A stretch of 64,000 nt of DNA from Bradymonadales bacterium (GTDB lineage: Bacteria; Myxococcota_A; Bradymonadia; UBA4248): contig JBBAEA010000001.1 of assembly GCA_041656175.1 (NCBI GenBank), positions 7,559 to 71,558 of the forward strand, in the 5' to 3' direction. The notes beneath the pieces were generated by a model. The model searched no databases. It was given only the letters and a program-made list of their open reading frames with translations, and had not been told where the DNA came from. How positions within the stretch are numbered: position 1 is the stretch's first letter; every line of letters begins with the position of its first letter. The position numbers were made by a program, and so were the translations under genes. Positions 1 to 10,164 of this stretch are shown here, piece by piece.

Positions 1-145
1 TTTCGATGCTCCGTATGCAGAGGTCCCTTAAATTATGCGACATTTTAGGCTACAGCGCGCTTAAGCAGAATATTGTTAGGCGTCTCCAGAAAAGCCAAAT
101 CTTCTCTCAGCCCGATCTGTAAGCAGAATCCTATTGCTTTTTTTT

Positions 146-288
146 GTGGGGGAGTGCCCCCTACGCGCGGGCTTCCTCGTAAATATCACAATTCGCGCCT
201 TATTTTGTGCGCTGGATGGCATGCATTCCATCCAGCGCACAAAATGCGCTCATTGTGATATTTCCTCGGCGATCCCGCGCTACCCCCC
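146..288. repeat. MITE-like element, family 1 (GGGGG-N-CCCCCTACGCGCGGGCTTCC ... long internal palindrome ... GGCGATCCCGCGCTACCCCC)
   Basis: Terminal GGGGGagtgCCCCCTACGCGCGGGCTTCCTC. Internal hairpin with an ~18-bp stem TTTTGTGCGCTGGATGGCATGCATTCCATCCAGCGCACAAAA. Terminal CCTCGGCGATCCCGCGCTACCCCCC. Confidence 0.85.
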
Positions 289-590
289 AAAAAACCAAAC
301 TGAGTTCGAACAAGCCAAGATAGCCTTCCACTCTTTACTCTAGCTGCTATTTCACTGCTTTTGCATTTAGCAAAGTTTCCCTAAGTTGATAGCATTTTGG
401 GGTTTTGCTTCCTACAAAAGTTCTCATTTTGCAAAAACTTGTGTCGTTTTGTGAAGTTAACTTCACTATTTCTAGCCGTGCAAAGGTCTCATTTATGGAC
501 TTTATTTTTGACCTTCGCTCGACTTTACTGAGCTTACGCTAAGGTTTTTGATTGTTTTTTTCATGGTTCAGAGCGTGTCTAGGAAAATTT

Positions 591-2276
591 TTAGCGTTGT
601 TGGTAGCCGCTACGCCGTCGTAAGACTAAGAGCATGCTAAGCATAAGTGCTAAGAAAAACGCAAATTTTGCAGGCAATCGCGTGCGATGATGGATTTGGC
701 AACCACAACTATGCGCAATAAGCATTACATCGGCGAGCTCGCCTTCTTCAATGATGACATCGACTTCTTCGCCGCTTTCGCTGTCTATGCAAACACCGTC
801 TTCGTTACAATCTGAACCTTGCGGACAGGTGCCACAAACACCACCGCAACCATTGTCGGCGCAAGAATTCTCAGCGCATTGGGGTACACATACGCATTGA
901 CCTTCAGCGTTACAGCCTAAACCGTCTTCGCACTCTCCACAGCTACCGCCGCAAGCATCGTCACCGCATGTTTTGTTTTTGCAATAAGGTTTACATGGGC
1001 GACAAAAACCGTCTACACAGGATTCTCCCGTTTCGCAGCTACCACAACTTCCTTCACAACCATCGGATCCACAATACTTCCCATTACAATCTGGTATGCA
1101 ACTGCAGCTTCCCTTTATACAACTAGAACCTTCAGAACACGTACCGCACAATCCACCACAACCGTCGCCTCCGCAATTCTTACCCTCACAGTTGGGCTGG
1201 CATTTGCATTGTGCATCGACACATTCAAAACCTGTATAACAACTACCGCAAGTTCCACCACAGTTGTCGGGACCACATTCCTTTCCATCGCAGTTGGGCT
1301 TACACACGCATTGACCAGCACTGCAAGTATGCGTTGCCGGGCAAGTGCCGCACGTGCCACCGCAAGCGTCATCACCACATGCTTTTCCCGAACACTGTAC
1401 TTGGCACACGCACTGACCGGCGCTGCATAAGTGGTTTGCGGGGCAAGTTCCACAGCTCCCCCCGCAACCGTTTGGGCCACAGTTTTTGCCCGAGCACTGC
1501 GGTTGACAAATACATTGTCCAGAGCTGTTACAGTTGTGGTTTGCGGGGCAATTTCCACAGCTACCTCCGCAACCGTTTGGGCCACAGCTTTTGCCCGAAC
1601 AATTTGGAGTACACTCGCATGTTGGAGCTGGTAGGCCAAGATAAGCACCTTGGCTGACCCAGTAAGTGAGCGAACCACCGCAACCTGGAGTTGCTTTATA
1701 AGGGTCATCGTTACCATAGTTAGGTACATTGACACCAAAATGCAGGTGTGGTCCCGTAGAGCAGCCAGAGCTTCCGACGCGTCCCAATTCTTGGCCACAA
1801 CTTACTCTCTGGCCTTTGCTAACCTTTACAGTGCCCTTTTTCATGTGGCAGTAGATGGTTTTCTTCTTGTCGTCATGCTGAATTTGCACGTAGTTGCCAC
1901 AAGATGTGGCAGCACCGCAGTGTTGATTTCCTTGAACTGAAGTTTGGCGATCATAATATCCATCGGCAGTTGCTATGACTACCCCTGGGGCGGCTGCAAC
2001 GATGGGACGGCTGCCATTGCTATCCATCCCCGCAAAGCCACCTATTCCGTAATCAGTTCCTGTGTGCTGGTCGTAGGTTTTATATTTACAGTTCCAATCT
2101 CGTGTTACGCCCCCACTTCGGTTGAGATCATAGTAGGCTGTAATGTAGCATCCACCGTAATTATTACACTCGCTTAGCGGCAAACGATACTGTTGCGCAA
2201 AGGTGGAGGAAGCCCATAAACTAAGGGCAAAAATAAAACATGTCGTAGCAAGGAGAAAGCGTAAATTATTCATCAT
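591..2276 (-). CDS. Secreted M23 (LytM-type) metallopeptidase with ~10 tandem Cys-rich modules and a MYXO-CTERM-like C-terminal tail
   Basis: N-terminal signal peptide (MMNNLRFLLATTCFIFALSLWASSTFA). M23 motifs HxxxD-like (QHTGTDYG) and the SGCSTGPHLHF Zn-binding histidines. About 10 repeats of a ~36-aa module C-x-P-x-C-x-G-K-x-C-G-x-x-G-C-G-G-x-C-G-x-C. The C-terminus SCGCQ + hydrophobic stretch + RRR resembles a MYXO-CTERM sorting signal. Confidence 0.7.
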   Translation of the reverse strand: MMNNLRFLLATTCFIFALSLWASSTFAQQYRLPLSECNNYGGCYITAYYDLNRSGGVTRDWNCKYKTYDQHTGTDYGIGGFAGMDSNGSRPIVAAAPGVVIATADGYYDRQTSVQGNQHCGAATSCGNYVQIQHDDKKKTIYCHMKKGTVKVSKGQRVSCGQELGRVGSSGCSTGPHLHFGVNVPNYGNDDPYKATPGCGGSLTYWVSQGAYLGLPAPTCECTPNCSGKSCGPNGCGGSCGNCPANHNCNSSGQCICQPQCSGKNCGPNGCGGSCGTCPANHLCSAGQCVCQVQCSGKACGDDACGGTCGTCPATHTCSAGQCVCKPNCDGKECGPDNCGGTCGSCYTGFECVDAQCKCQPNCEGKNCGGDGCGGLCGTCSEGSSCIKGSCSCIPDCNGKYCGSDGCEGSCGSCETGESCVDGFCRPCKPYCKNKTCGDDACGGSCGECEDGLGCNAEGQCVCVPQCAENSCADNGCGGVCGTCPQGSDCNEDGVCIDSESGEEVDVIIEEGELADVMLIAHSCGCQIHHRTRLPAKFAFFLALMLSMLLVLRRRSGYQQR

Positions 2277-3076
2277 TATTTCTCCTTTAAAGCTTCAGCC
2301 TTAGCGGTTTTAAAGTTAATCTTCCACCATTCTCCAGCCCCCGCGTCGTAGACCAAAGTATCATTATCTAAAAACCTCATACCCTCGGTATTGGCGACTA
2401 CGGGTACGAAGCGCGCCCCAGCAATATCACTCGGGGCTAGCCCTTGGTTCGTAATTTGTCGTAAACCCTCGCCGTTCGCATTGACGCCGTACCAAGACGC
2501 GATGCCGCTGCGAGTCGATATGAAATAGATCGCATCACCGTGTGGCGAAAAGATGGGAGTACTGTGCTGCCCATCGCCTTCAATAATAGTCGCAATTTTT
2601 TGCCCACTACGACTTTTGATGTACAAAGCGGAAGATTCCATATTGGGATCTAGCTGCGAAACTACAAAGCGCGAACCCAAGTTGTCGATAGCAAAATCGG
2701 CATAAACCTCTTCTGCAATAGTGGCGCCTTTGCTAAGATCCATAAGTTTTCCATCTTTAACAGCGAAGGGCTCATCTTTATCGTTAAAACGGACTCTCTC
2801 CGCGCGTTCAATAACGAGCTGTTTTTTACCATTCTTGCCGATAATATAATAATCAGACTTTACTCGTTCGGGGCCATATTCTAGCCTCTGTTGATCGCTT
2901 ACTTTGAGTAGGTGGCTACCATCGCGCAAAGTGGCCTGAATTTTTAACACTTTGCCCGGTACTAGTTGTGGGATCACGAGGTTCTCGGCATATGCCGACG
3001 AAGCTGCATCACTAAAGCCAAGCGCCAAACCCGCAATAAGCGCTGCGGTGAGAACAAAAGATAGTCTTAGACTCAT
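2276..3076 (-). CDS. Secreted PD40/TolB-like beta-propeller repeat protein
   Basis: Signal peptide. Repeats of the PD40 type (TPIFSPHGDAIYFISTRSG). Overlaps the start of the downstream M23 gene by 1 nt (TAATG), which suggests an operon. Confidence 0.45.
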   Translation of the reverse strand: MSLRLSFVLTAALIAGLALGFSDAASSAYAENLVIPQLVPGKVLKIQATLRDGSHLLKVSDQQRLEYGPERVKSDYYIIGKNGKKQLVIERAERVRFNDKDEPFAVKDGKLMDLSKGATIAEEVYADFAIDNLGSRFVVSQLDPNMESSALYIKSRSGQKIATIIEGDGQHSTPIFSPHGDAIYFISTRSGIASWYGVNANGEGLRQITNQGLAPSDIAGARFVPVVANTEGMRFLDNDTLVYDAGAGEWWKINFKTAKAEALKEK

Positions 3077-3106
3077 AAGATGCCTCCTCCTGTGCTAGGG
3101 AAACTC

Positions 3107-3270
3107 AGATTTATTTTGGGGCTCCGCCCCAAACCCCGCTAAGGGCGATAGCCCTTAGAACCCTTTTTTTGCGTACTGCTTGATTTGATTGACTTTATTT
3201 TAAACGCTCGCCTAGTTTTCCTTACTTTGCTCTAGTGACTTTTTGACCATTTTTGTATTGATCAGAGCGT
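3107..3270. repeat. MITE-like element, family 2 (TIR about CTCTGATTTAT/ATAAATCAGAG; internal hairpins GGGGCnnnnGCCCC and CTAAGGGnnnnnnCCCTTAG; AT-rich AAAATAAAGTCAATAAAATCAATA box)
   Basis: AGGGAAACTCAGATTTATT ... GGGGCTCCGCCCCAAACCCCGCTAAGGGCGATAGCCCTTAGAACCC ... TATTGATCAGAGC. Confidence 0.7.
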
Positions 3271-3473
3271 CACTAAGGAACTCATAGGTAAGTATGCTCA
3301 ACAACATAGTTCCCATTCTAGCAAACGCACTTTTCCAAACATCAGTGTAGCGAAGTTATAACTCAATTGCTAGCGATTTTTTGAACAGTTGTACAAAGGG
3401 CAGCAGCCAAAAAGCAAAACAAAATGACGGCAACACAATGATTACGAAAAGCACGCCATGGTTCATACAGCAA

Positions 3474-3494
3474 GGGCAGCTATGAACGCTGCCC
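3474..3494 (-). terminator. Candidate stem-loop immediately 3' of RNase J
   Basis: GGGCAGC-tatgaac-GCTGCCC is a 7-bp GC stem. On the minus strand it is followed by a short T-containing tract, so it is weak. Confidence 0.25.
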
Positions 3495-3499
3495 CTTGA

Positions 3500-5206
3500 T
3501 TATACGAATTCGAAGTGAACGATAACATGTGGGAACTTGCCCAATTTTTGTTTTATTATTTTTGCGGCTTTATGGCGTATAATCTCTTGCATATCGCCGT
3601 GCTTAGCCGAACTAATGATAGTTCGCTTAAGCTCATCCTGCATATCTTTGAGGAAGGATTTGTCGCTGCTAATGCCAAACTCCTCAATTCGCAGCTCTCC
3701 GCGCAATTGCTCATCTTTATTAAGCGCCCCCCCGACAAAGAGCATACCGTTGTGGCCTAAAACTTTTTTTTCGCGGGCGCAGTCGCGATCCATGCCATCT
3801 AAAGATTTACCCACGACGTATCGTCGCGAGGGGATGAAGCTTTGCTCCAACTCGTGTCTGTCTGAGAAAAGTTTTAAAGTATAGCCTTCCTCTATGGTTA
3901 TTGAGCGATCTGGTGAAGGTTGCATATCATCGGCTAGCGCTTCATGCATGCTCAAGCGGCGGTAGTCGCCGTGTATGGGTACAAATATTTCGGGTTCTAG
4001 GAGTTCGATCAATAATTCGAGTTCCTTGCGACCGCCGTGTCCCGAGCTATGGAATACAGCGTCTCTTGGGTTAAAAAGGGAAGCGCCTTGACGGTAGAAG
4101 CCATCGACAATCGCGCCTACGCGCTTTTCGTTACCTGGGATCTGGCGAGCCGAGTAAATCAGTGTATCGCTAGGACGCAAGCGAATATTATTGTGTTTAG
4201 CCTGCGATAACTTGTAGAGGCTTGAGGCGCGCTCACCTTGGGAGCCCGAGATAACAACAACGATGTTTTCGCCAGCTTCTTCAATCTTGTGTTCGGCAAC
4301 GATTTCCATGTCGTTTGGCATGCTAAAATAGTTCAGCTCGCGCGCGATACCGAGGTTGGAGTTTAGCGAGCGCCCGCAAACGGCAATTTTGCGATTCGCC
4401 GCTGCCGCCGCTGTAAAAATAGATTGCAAGCGTCCGATGTTTGAAGCAAAAAGCGTGACAAAGATTCGTCCCTTTAACTTTGTAAAAACTTCTAACAAAT
4501 CGTTGTAAATATCGAGCTCACTGGCCATGGCGTCGTCGACTTCGACGTTTGTGCTATCGGCTAAAAGTACGCGCACTCCCTCATCACCAAGCGCTTCGAG
4601 TCTTGCTAAATTCGTCTTGGCGCCTGCCATCGGTGTGTTATCTATGCGCCAATCTCCCGAGTGTACGATGGTTCCCGCGGGTGTGTAAAAAGCGTACGCT
4701 ACGCTACCCGGAATAGAGTGGCAAACGTCGATGCACTCCACACGGCAATCACCCAAATTAAACTCTTCTTTGGTGTTGATCACATTAAACAATACGCTCG
4801 ATAACAACTCATGCTCCGTTAGCCTACGCTTTACGAAAGCTAGCGTAATGTCGGTGCCGTAAATAGGCATCTTCCCGCGAAAGCCTCTTTTTTGCATTGT
4901 TTTGAGTAAGAAGGCGATCGCCCCAATATGATCTTCGTGCGCATGCGTTAACACAATGCCGTCCAAAGGCTGTGTTTCCAGAACACTAAAATCTGGCGTG
5001 ATAAGATCCACCCCCCAGTCATCGTCGGCGGGGAACATGATGCCGCAGTCAACCAATATACGACTTTTCGCACTTTCTAGCAGCATGCAGTTCATGCCAA
5101 ACATGCCGCTTCCCCCGATCGATGTGATCTTGAGCAGCGCGTTGTCCTCTGTTTTCTCTCTTCCTTCCCTTTTCTCTTCTTCCATTATCTCTCTTGAATT
5201 TTGCAA
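3500..5206 (-). CDS. rnj: Ribonuclease J (beta-CASP MBL-fold RNA-metabolising hydrolase)
   Basis: HAHEDHIG metallo-beta-lactamase motif, beta-CASP region, and a length typical of RNase J. The N-terminal poly-E stretch may mean the true start is internal. Confidence 0.85.
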   Translation of the reverse strand: MQNSREIMEEEKREGREKTEDNALLKITSIGGSGMFGMNCMLLESAKSRILVDCGIMFPADDDWGVDLITPDFSVLETQPLDGIVLTHAHEDHIGAIAFLLKTMQKRGFRGKMPIYGTDITLAFVKRRLTEHELLSSVLFNVINTKEEFNLGDCRVECIDVCHSIPGSVAYAFYTPAGTIVHSGDWRIDNTPMAGAKTNLARLEALGDEGVRVLLADSTNVEVDDAMASELDIYNDLLEVFTKLKGRIFVTLFASNIGRLQSIFTAAAAANRKIAVCGRSLNSNLGIARELNYFSMPNDMEIVAEHKIEEAGENIVVVISGSQGERASSLYKLSQAKHNNIRLRPSDTLIYSARQIPGNEKRVGAIVDGFYRQGASLFNPRDAVFHSSGHGGRKELELLIELLEPEIFVPIHGDYRRLSMHEALADDMQPSPDRSITIEEGYTLKLFSDRHELEQSFIPSRRYVVGKSLDGMDRDCAREKKVLGHNGMLFVGGALNKDEQLRGELRIEEFGISSDKSFLKDMQDELKRTIISSAKHGDMQEIIRHKAAKIIKQKLGKFPHVIVHFEFV

Positions 5207-5341
5207 GTTATTCTCTTTTTTCCTCGCTCGTGTTGAGCGTTCTATGGGTTAATAATATTTTCTTACTAAGTTTTAGCATGTGCTAAAGCAGCCAAAGCTC
5301 TCGTAGCAGCACAACGCAACGGGGCGGCATTCATTAAATTA

Positions 5342-5491
5342 GGGGGGTAGCGCAAGATCACCCGCAGAATCGGCATCTGAGCGCATTTTTTGCGCTGGAT
5401 GCGCGGATTGAGCGCATACAGCGCAAAAAATAGTGCGCGAAGCCGCCGATTATGCGGGAAGCTTGCGCGTAGGGGGGCAATGTTGCCCCCC
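5342..5491. repeat. MITE-like element, family 1 (subtype with the GCGCATTTTTTGCGCTGGATGCGCG...CGCATACAGCGCAAAAAAT core)
   Basis: Shares both termini (GGGGGGTAGCGCAAGATCACCC ... GAAGCTTGCGCGTAGGGGGGcaatgttGCCCCCC). Nearly identical to the copy at 48842-48990. Confidence 0.85.
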
Positions 5492-5530
5492 ACCAAAAGA
5501 CAAAAAAAACGTGTAAAATCAATGCCTCAC

Positions 5531-6847
5531 TTATTCATCATCGTCGCTTAGAGTTGCCTCGGCTTTGTGCTTCACAAAGACTTGTGCGATGCGGAATCGC
5601 TCCATGGCGGTGACGGTGTAGCTAAACTCGCCTTCTTGTACTTCGTCGTGGATTTTGGCGACGCGGCCGAGTTTTTCCATGATAAAGCCGGAGACGGTGT
5701 CGGAGTCGGCTTCGATGTTGGCGGTGCCAAGGTATGAGAATAGGTCGCTTAGGAGCGTGGCACCGTCGACGATGTAGCCGTCTTCGGTTTGTCTGATGTC
5801 TTCTTGGCTTTCGGGGTCAAATTCGTCGTCGATTTCGCCGACAAGTTCCTCGAGCACATCCTCGACAGTGACTAAGCCCGATGTGCCACCATATTCGTCG
5901 ACTACGATGGCCAAGTGCGAGCGTTGGCGTTGCAAGACTTCAAGGGCGGTGGAGATGTTGGCCGTTTCGGGGATGTAAACAGGGTCGCGGGTGAGTGAGG
6001 CGAGTGTGGCGGTGTCGGATGAGCGTTGTGCGGCGACCATGTCTTTGAGGTGAACGAATCCGAGGATGTCGTCGAGGCCATCGCGGTAGAGAGGGTAGCG
6101 GGAGTGGCCAGCTTCGAGGGCGAAGTTGAGCGCTTCGTCAAGGGGCATGTCGACTTGCAGGGCGCAGATTTTTCCGCGTTGTACCATGATTTCGCGCGCG
6201 CTAAGGGCGGAGAAGTTAAAGACCTTATCGAGCAGCGTTCCTTGTTCCTGAGTGATGGTGCCGTCCTTACTGGAGTGCTGGGCAATGTTTCGCAGCTCTT
6301 CTGCCGATATACCCACGGCGTGGCCAGCTTCGACGGGTTGGACGTTAAATAGGCGCAAAACCCCGTTTGATGCTTTGGTCAAGACCCACATCACGGGCCT
6401 AAAGACCCAGTGAAAGATTTGCATGGGTAGTGCTACAAAGATGCTGACTTCGATGGGTTTTGCGATGGCAAGGCTTTTGGGCGCGATTTCGCCAAGGACG
6501 ATGTGGAGGAAGGACACGATCGAGAAGGCGATGACGAAACTGATGTAGTGCGACAGATCTTCTGAGATCGGTAGTTGCAACCACATAATAAAGGATAGCA
6601 GATGGCGATTGATGGCGGGCTCCGCCAGCCAACCCAAGCCAAGGCTAGCGAAGGTAATGCCTAGTTGCACCGCCGATAGGTAGCTATCAACGGTGTGTAG
6701 CACATCAAGGACGCGACCTGCTCCGCGGTTGCCGCCCTGCTTGAGAACCTCCAGTTGCGATGCTCGAACGCGTACAAGGGCAAATTCGGCTGCCACAAAA
6801 AAACCGTTTGCCAAGAGCAATAAAACCACTAAAACTATTTCAAACAT
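5531..6847 (-). CDS. CNNM/CorC-HlyC family membrane protein (DUF21 + CBS pair + CorC_HlyC)
   Basis: N-terminal TM DUF21 region, a CBS pair, and the C-terminal transporter-associated domain. This is the hemolysin-family architecture. Confidence 0.8.
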   Translation of the reverse strand: MFEIVLVVLLLLANGFFVAAEFALVRVRASQLEVLKQGGNRGAGRVLDVLHTVDSYLSAVQLGITFASLGLGWLAEPAINRHLLSFIMWLQLPISEDLSHYISFVIAFSIVSFLHIVLGEIAPKSLAIAKPIEVSIFVALPMQIFHWVFRPVMWVLTKASNGVLRLFNVQPVEAGHAVGISAEELRNIAQHSSKDGTITQEQGTLLDKVFNFSALSAREIMVQRGKICALQVDMPLDEALNFALEAGHSRYPLYRDGLDDILGFVHLKDMVAAQRSSDTATLASLTRDPVYIPETANISTALEVLQRQRSHLAIVVDEYGGTSGLVTVEDVLEELVGEIDDEFDPESQEDIRQTEDGYIVDGATLLSDLFSYLGTANIEADSDTVSGFIMEKLGRVAKIHDEVQEGEFSYTVTAMERFRIAQVFVKHKAEATLSDDDE

Positions 6848-6898
6848 ATGTGTATTTTAAGAAAACCCCCCGCCCTTTTGGGATAAACCCCAAAGCAA

Positions 6899-8248
6899 TT
6901 ATAATATATAGCGTCCTAAGTCTTCATCTTCAATAAGATTCTCGATGTGCTTGCGAACGTAGTCGGCATCGATAACGACTTTTTGCGCTTGCATTGAGCA
7001 GGCGTCAAAGCTGAGTTCATCGAAAACGCGTTCAATCACCGTGTGTAGTCTACGCGCGCCGATGTTTTGCATGCGCTCGTTCGCCTTTGCCGCCGCATCG
7101 GCCATCGCCTCTATCGCGTCATCGCTTACCTCGACGTCGAGGCCTTCGGTTTTTAGTAGGGCGATATACTGCTTAACCAAGCTGTTGTGCGGTTCGCGCA
7201 GAATGCGCACGAAGTCGTCTCGCGTTAAGTTATCGAGCGTGACCCGAATCGGGAAGCGCCCTTGTAGCTCGGGGATGAGATCGCTGGGCTTTGAGACGTG
7301 GAATGCGCCTGAAGCGATAAACAGGATGTGATCTGTTTTGATAAAGCCGTACTTTGTCTTTACGGTTGAACCCTCGACGATGGGGAGCAGATCGCGCTGC
7401 ACACCTTCTCGTGAAACATCGGGGCTTCGGCCACCATCACTATGGTTTGACGCAATTTTGTCAATCTCGTCAATGAAGATAATTCCCATTTGTTCAGCGC
7501 GTACAAGCGCTTGTGACTCCACCGCCTCGTTGTCTATGGCGCTGCTAGCCTCTTCGGTTTTGAGCAGATTGAGCGCTTCAGCGATTTTCATTCGGCGTTT
7601 TCGCGTTTTCTTGGGCATAATGTTAGAAAAGAAGTTTTTCATCGAATCTTCCATCTCATTCATGCCATCGTTGCCCTGTGGATTGAAGAGGCGGAAACTA
7701 GCGCCAGCTTTATCGGCAACCGATATTTCGACGTATCGCTCGTTGAGAGCCCCGCTCTGTAGCAGTTCCCTAAGTTCTTCATCGCTAGCGCCTTGGGCGC
7801 CAGAGCCGCGCTCTTCTTGGATCGCGGCAATGATCGCATCCTCTGCCGCTCGCATCGCTTGCTGCTCAACGCGCGCCATCGCTTCTTCTTGCACGAGCTT
7901 GTAGGCCATCTCGACGAGATCCCTAACCATGCTTTCGACGTCACGTCCGACGTAGCCCACCTCCGTAAACTTGGAGGCCTCCACCTTTATAAAGGGCGCA
8001 TGGGCCAAGTTGGCTAAGCGCCGTGCAATTTCGGTCTTGCCCACGCCGGTGGGGCCGATGAGCAAAATGTTTTTGGGCGAAATTTCGTCTCGCAAATCCT
8101 CTGCAACCTGCTGGCGTCGCCAACGATTGCGTAGCGCAATCGCGACAGAGCGTTTAGCGGCATTTTGGCCGATAATATAGCGGTCAAGCGCCTCAACGAT
8201 TTGGACAGGACGCAGGTTCATCTGCTTTTGGTGCTGTGCATTCGACAT
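6899..8248 (-). CDS. hslU: ATP-dependent protease ATPase subunit HslU
   Basis: Walker A GPTGVGKT. Full-length similarity to ClpY/HslU. Sits directly downstream of hslV. Confidence 0.95.
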   Translation of the reverse strand: MSNAQHQKQMNLRPVQIVEALDRYIIGQNAAKRSVAIALRNRWRRQQVAEDLRDEISPKNILLIGPTGVGKTEIARRLANLAHAPFIKVEASKFTEVGYVGRDVESMVRDLVEMAYKLVQEEAMARVEQQAMRAAEDAIIAAIQEERGSGAQGASDEELRELLQSGALNERYVEISVADKAGASFRLFNPQGNDGMNEMEDSMKNFFSNIMPKKTRKRRMKIAEALNLLKTEEASSAIDNEAVESQALVRAEQMGIIFIDEIDKIASNHSDGGRSPDVSREGVQRDLLPIVEGSTVKTKYGFIKTDHILFIASGAFHVSKPSDLIPELQGRFPIRVTLDNLTRDDFVRILREPHNSLVKQYIALLKTEGLDVEVSDDAIEAMADAAAKANERMQNIGARRLHTVIERVFDELSFDACSMQAQKVVIDADYVRKHIENLIEDEDLGRYIL

Positions 8249-8261
8249 AATAATACTCTAC

Positions 8262-8813
8262 CTAAAGTTCTTCGGCTACGGAGGCGATGGTTTGGCAAAC
8301 GATGTTTTCGTTGGTGTAGATGCAGAGGTCTGCGGCGATTTGCAACGATTTTTTAGCAATCTCCTCGGCGCTCAATTGCGTATTATCCATCAGCGCGTTG
8401 GCGGCGGCGAGTGCGTATCCCGAGCCTGATCCGATGGACATAACGTTTTTGTCGGGGCTAAGTACATCGCCAGATCCCGATATTGTGAGGGTGATATTTT
8501 TATCGGCGCAGAGCAGCATCGCTTCGAGGCGGCGCAAGATCTTGTCTGTTCTCCAGTCCTTGGCCAACTCAACGGCTGCACGCATCAAGTCGTTTTGGTA
8601 CGCCGATAACTTCGCTTCTAACTTCTCAAAGAGGTTTAGCGCGTCCGCCGTCGAACCAGCGAAACCTACCAAAACTCGTCCTCCCGCAAGACTACGTACC
8701 TTGCGCGTTGTGTGCTTAATCGCGATATCTCCTAGTGTCACCTGCCCATCCCCCGCCATGGCGACAAAATCGCCGCGCCGAACGGCAAGTATGGTTGTGC
8801 TACGTATCTTCAT
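8262..8813 (-). CDS. hslV: ATP-dependent protease subunit HslV
   Basis: Begins with the TTI Thr active site after Met, has GDGQV, is 183 aa, and sits in an hslVU operon. Confidence 0.95.
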   Translation of the reverse strand: MKIRSTTILAVRRGDFVAMAGDGQVTLGDIAIKHTTRKVRSLAGGRVLVGFAGSTADALNLFEKLEAKLSAYQNDLMRAAVELAKDWRTDKILRRLEAMLLCADKNITLTISGSGDVLSPDKNVMSIGSGSGYALAAANALMDNTQLSAEEIAKKSLQIAADLCIYTNENIVCQTIASVAEEL

Positions 8814-9153
8814 GAGTGGCTCCTTTTTGTGAAAAATAGCGCTCTGCTTTGCGGCAAAACGCCAAAGCGAATTTTAATCACCAGAGCAACAAAGTGAAGC
8901 AAGAAAAACTGGGATTCTATGTTTAAAAGCGCAATAACAAAAACGAACCGTTTTTAAACCTACTAGCCCTAAGCCACGATGCTTTGAAGCCACTTCACCC
9001 GTTACAAAGAACTATCCGCACGTCATTCATGCTAAGACCAAGTTTACGGACGTCGCTTCTTCCCTATAAGCCAAAAGCCCCCTGCTCTTACAGGAGGCTT
9101 ATTGAACGTTTACACAACGATACGGATTTTTTCAAAATTCCGCGAAGCCACAA

Positions 9154-9789
9154 CTAGCCAAAAACCTTCAGTCGCTTCTCAATATCCGCATCCCCTCGCT
9201 CGCCTGCTGCTTGGACGATTTTGCCAAACGGCATCTGCGCTAGCAATGTCCAAGTTTCCGAAACGCCCCAGCGCTTTTTCACTTCGTCATCAATGAGCGG
9301 GTTATAGTGTTGTAGCGACGCACCAATGCCGTTCTCCGCAAACGCTACCCAAACTGCGTACTGCAACATACCGTTTTCCTGCAAAGCCCATGGTGGGAAG
9401 TTTGCCGCATACAACGGATATGCATCCTGTAACCCCTTGGTTTTGGCTTCGTCTGTAAAGAACAAAACAGTGCCTCGACCCGCCTTAAACGACGCAATCT
9501 TTGCCTCCGTTTGGCTAAACTGCTCCGCTGGTACCAAGGGTTTTAAGGTGTTTAGCACAATATCCCATAGGGCTTCGTGCTCTTGGTCTAAAAGCAGAAC
9601 CACTCCCTGCGTTTTCGAATAAAAAGCCGATGGCACTTCAGCCAATATATCACTCACTAATTTTGTAAGCTGCTCTTTAGTATAGTCAATTTCGTCGTTT
9701 ATCGCGTACTGCGTGCGTCGCAAGCCAAACAATTTTACGCTTTCATTCTTCATCGTTATCTCCCGTAAAATCCAATTCATATCGTGCAC
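9154..9789 (-). CDS. Nitroreductase-family-like protein (probable start at internal Met, about 9753)
   Basis: RRTQYAI motif near the N-terminus, similar to the RRS-R-F nitroreductase signature, and the C-terminal HYNPL...W pattern. The similarity is weak. Confidence 0.4.
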   Translation of the reverse strand: MHDMNWILREITMKNESVKLFGLRRTQYAINDEIDYTKEQLTKLVSDILAEVPSAFYSKTQGVVLLLDQEHEALWDIVLNTLKPLVPAEQFSQTEAKIASFKAGRGTVLFFTDEAKTKGLQDAYPLYAANFPPWALQENGMLQYAVWVAFAENGIGASLQHYNPLIDDEVKKRWGVSETWTLLAQMPFGKIVQAAGERGDADIEKRLKVFG

Positions 9790-9952
9790 AGCAAGTGCTG
9801 CCCTAGCAATGTAATACTATGCGATTTTTTGGCAAGCTAAAATTACTTTTGCGTACTCAATGCGTAAAACCGTGAACTACTCTCATAATGCAGACAGCTA
9901 CTAGGAATACGCTGATTCATTCGATATGCTTGCTTTTTTCTTTTGTGGGGGA

Positions 9953-10050
9953 AGTATCCCCCTACGTCGCAACCCCGCGCTGTGCGCGGGTTTGCGCCTA
10001 CCCCCTCCGCGGGGACACCCCGCGACGCCCCGTCCAGTTTTTGGCCGTAA
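9953..10050. repeat. MITE-like element, family 1 short subtype
   Basis: GGGGGaagtaTCCCCCTACG ... CCCGCGCTGTGCGCGGG ... GCGCCTACCCCC. Related to the copy at 38596-38730. Confidence 0.7.
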
Positions 10051-10164
10051 TAGAGCTTTGCGCTTGCCCTACCCGCGCTCCCCTTCCCAACAGAGAGCAT
10101 AGCCCCCCGTAATGCCCTCACAGACGCGTCTTCAAAATAAAGCCCATAAAATCAATGCGCCAAC

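Noticed and set aside
73-343. ORFs 73..258 and 134..343, and the similar ORFs 5266..5496, 14922..15395, 48830..49126, 51148..51456 and 56842..57039, whose translations recur across the window (e.g. ...PLRAGFLVNITIRALFCALDGMHSIQRTKCAHC...)
   Set aside because: These are translations of MITE family-1 copies in different locations. The recurrence comes from the DNA repeat and not from a gene family. They have no RBS or coding context.
1115-1798. Long antisense or alternative-frame ORFs inside well-supported genes (1115..1798, 35452..35991, 7338..7904, 50148..51302, 50504..51106, 57195..57707, 59292..60149)
   Set aside because: They overlap genes that have clear domain content on the other strand or frame. 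Their Ala/Arg/Ser-rich composition is typical of spurious ORFs in GC-rich repeats.
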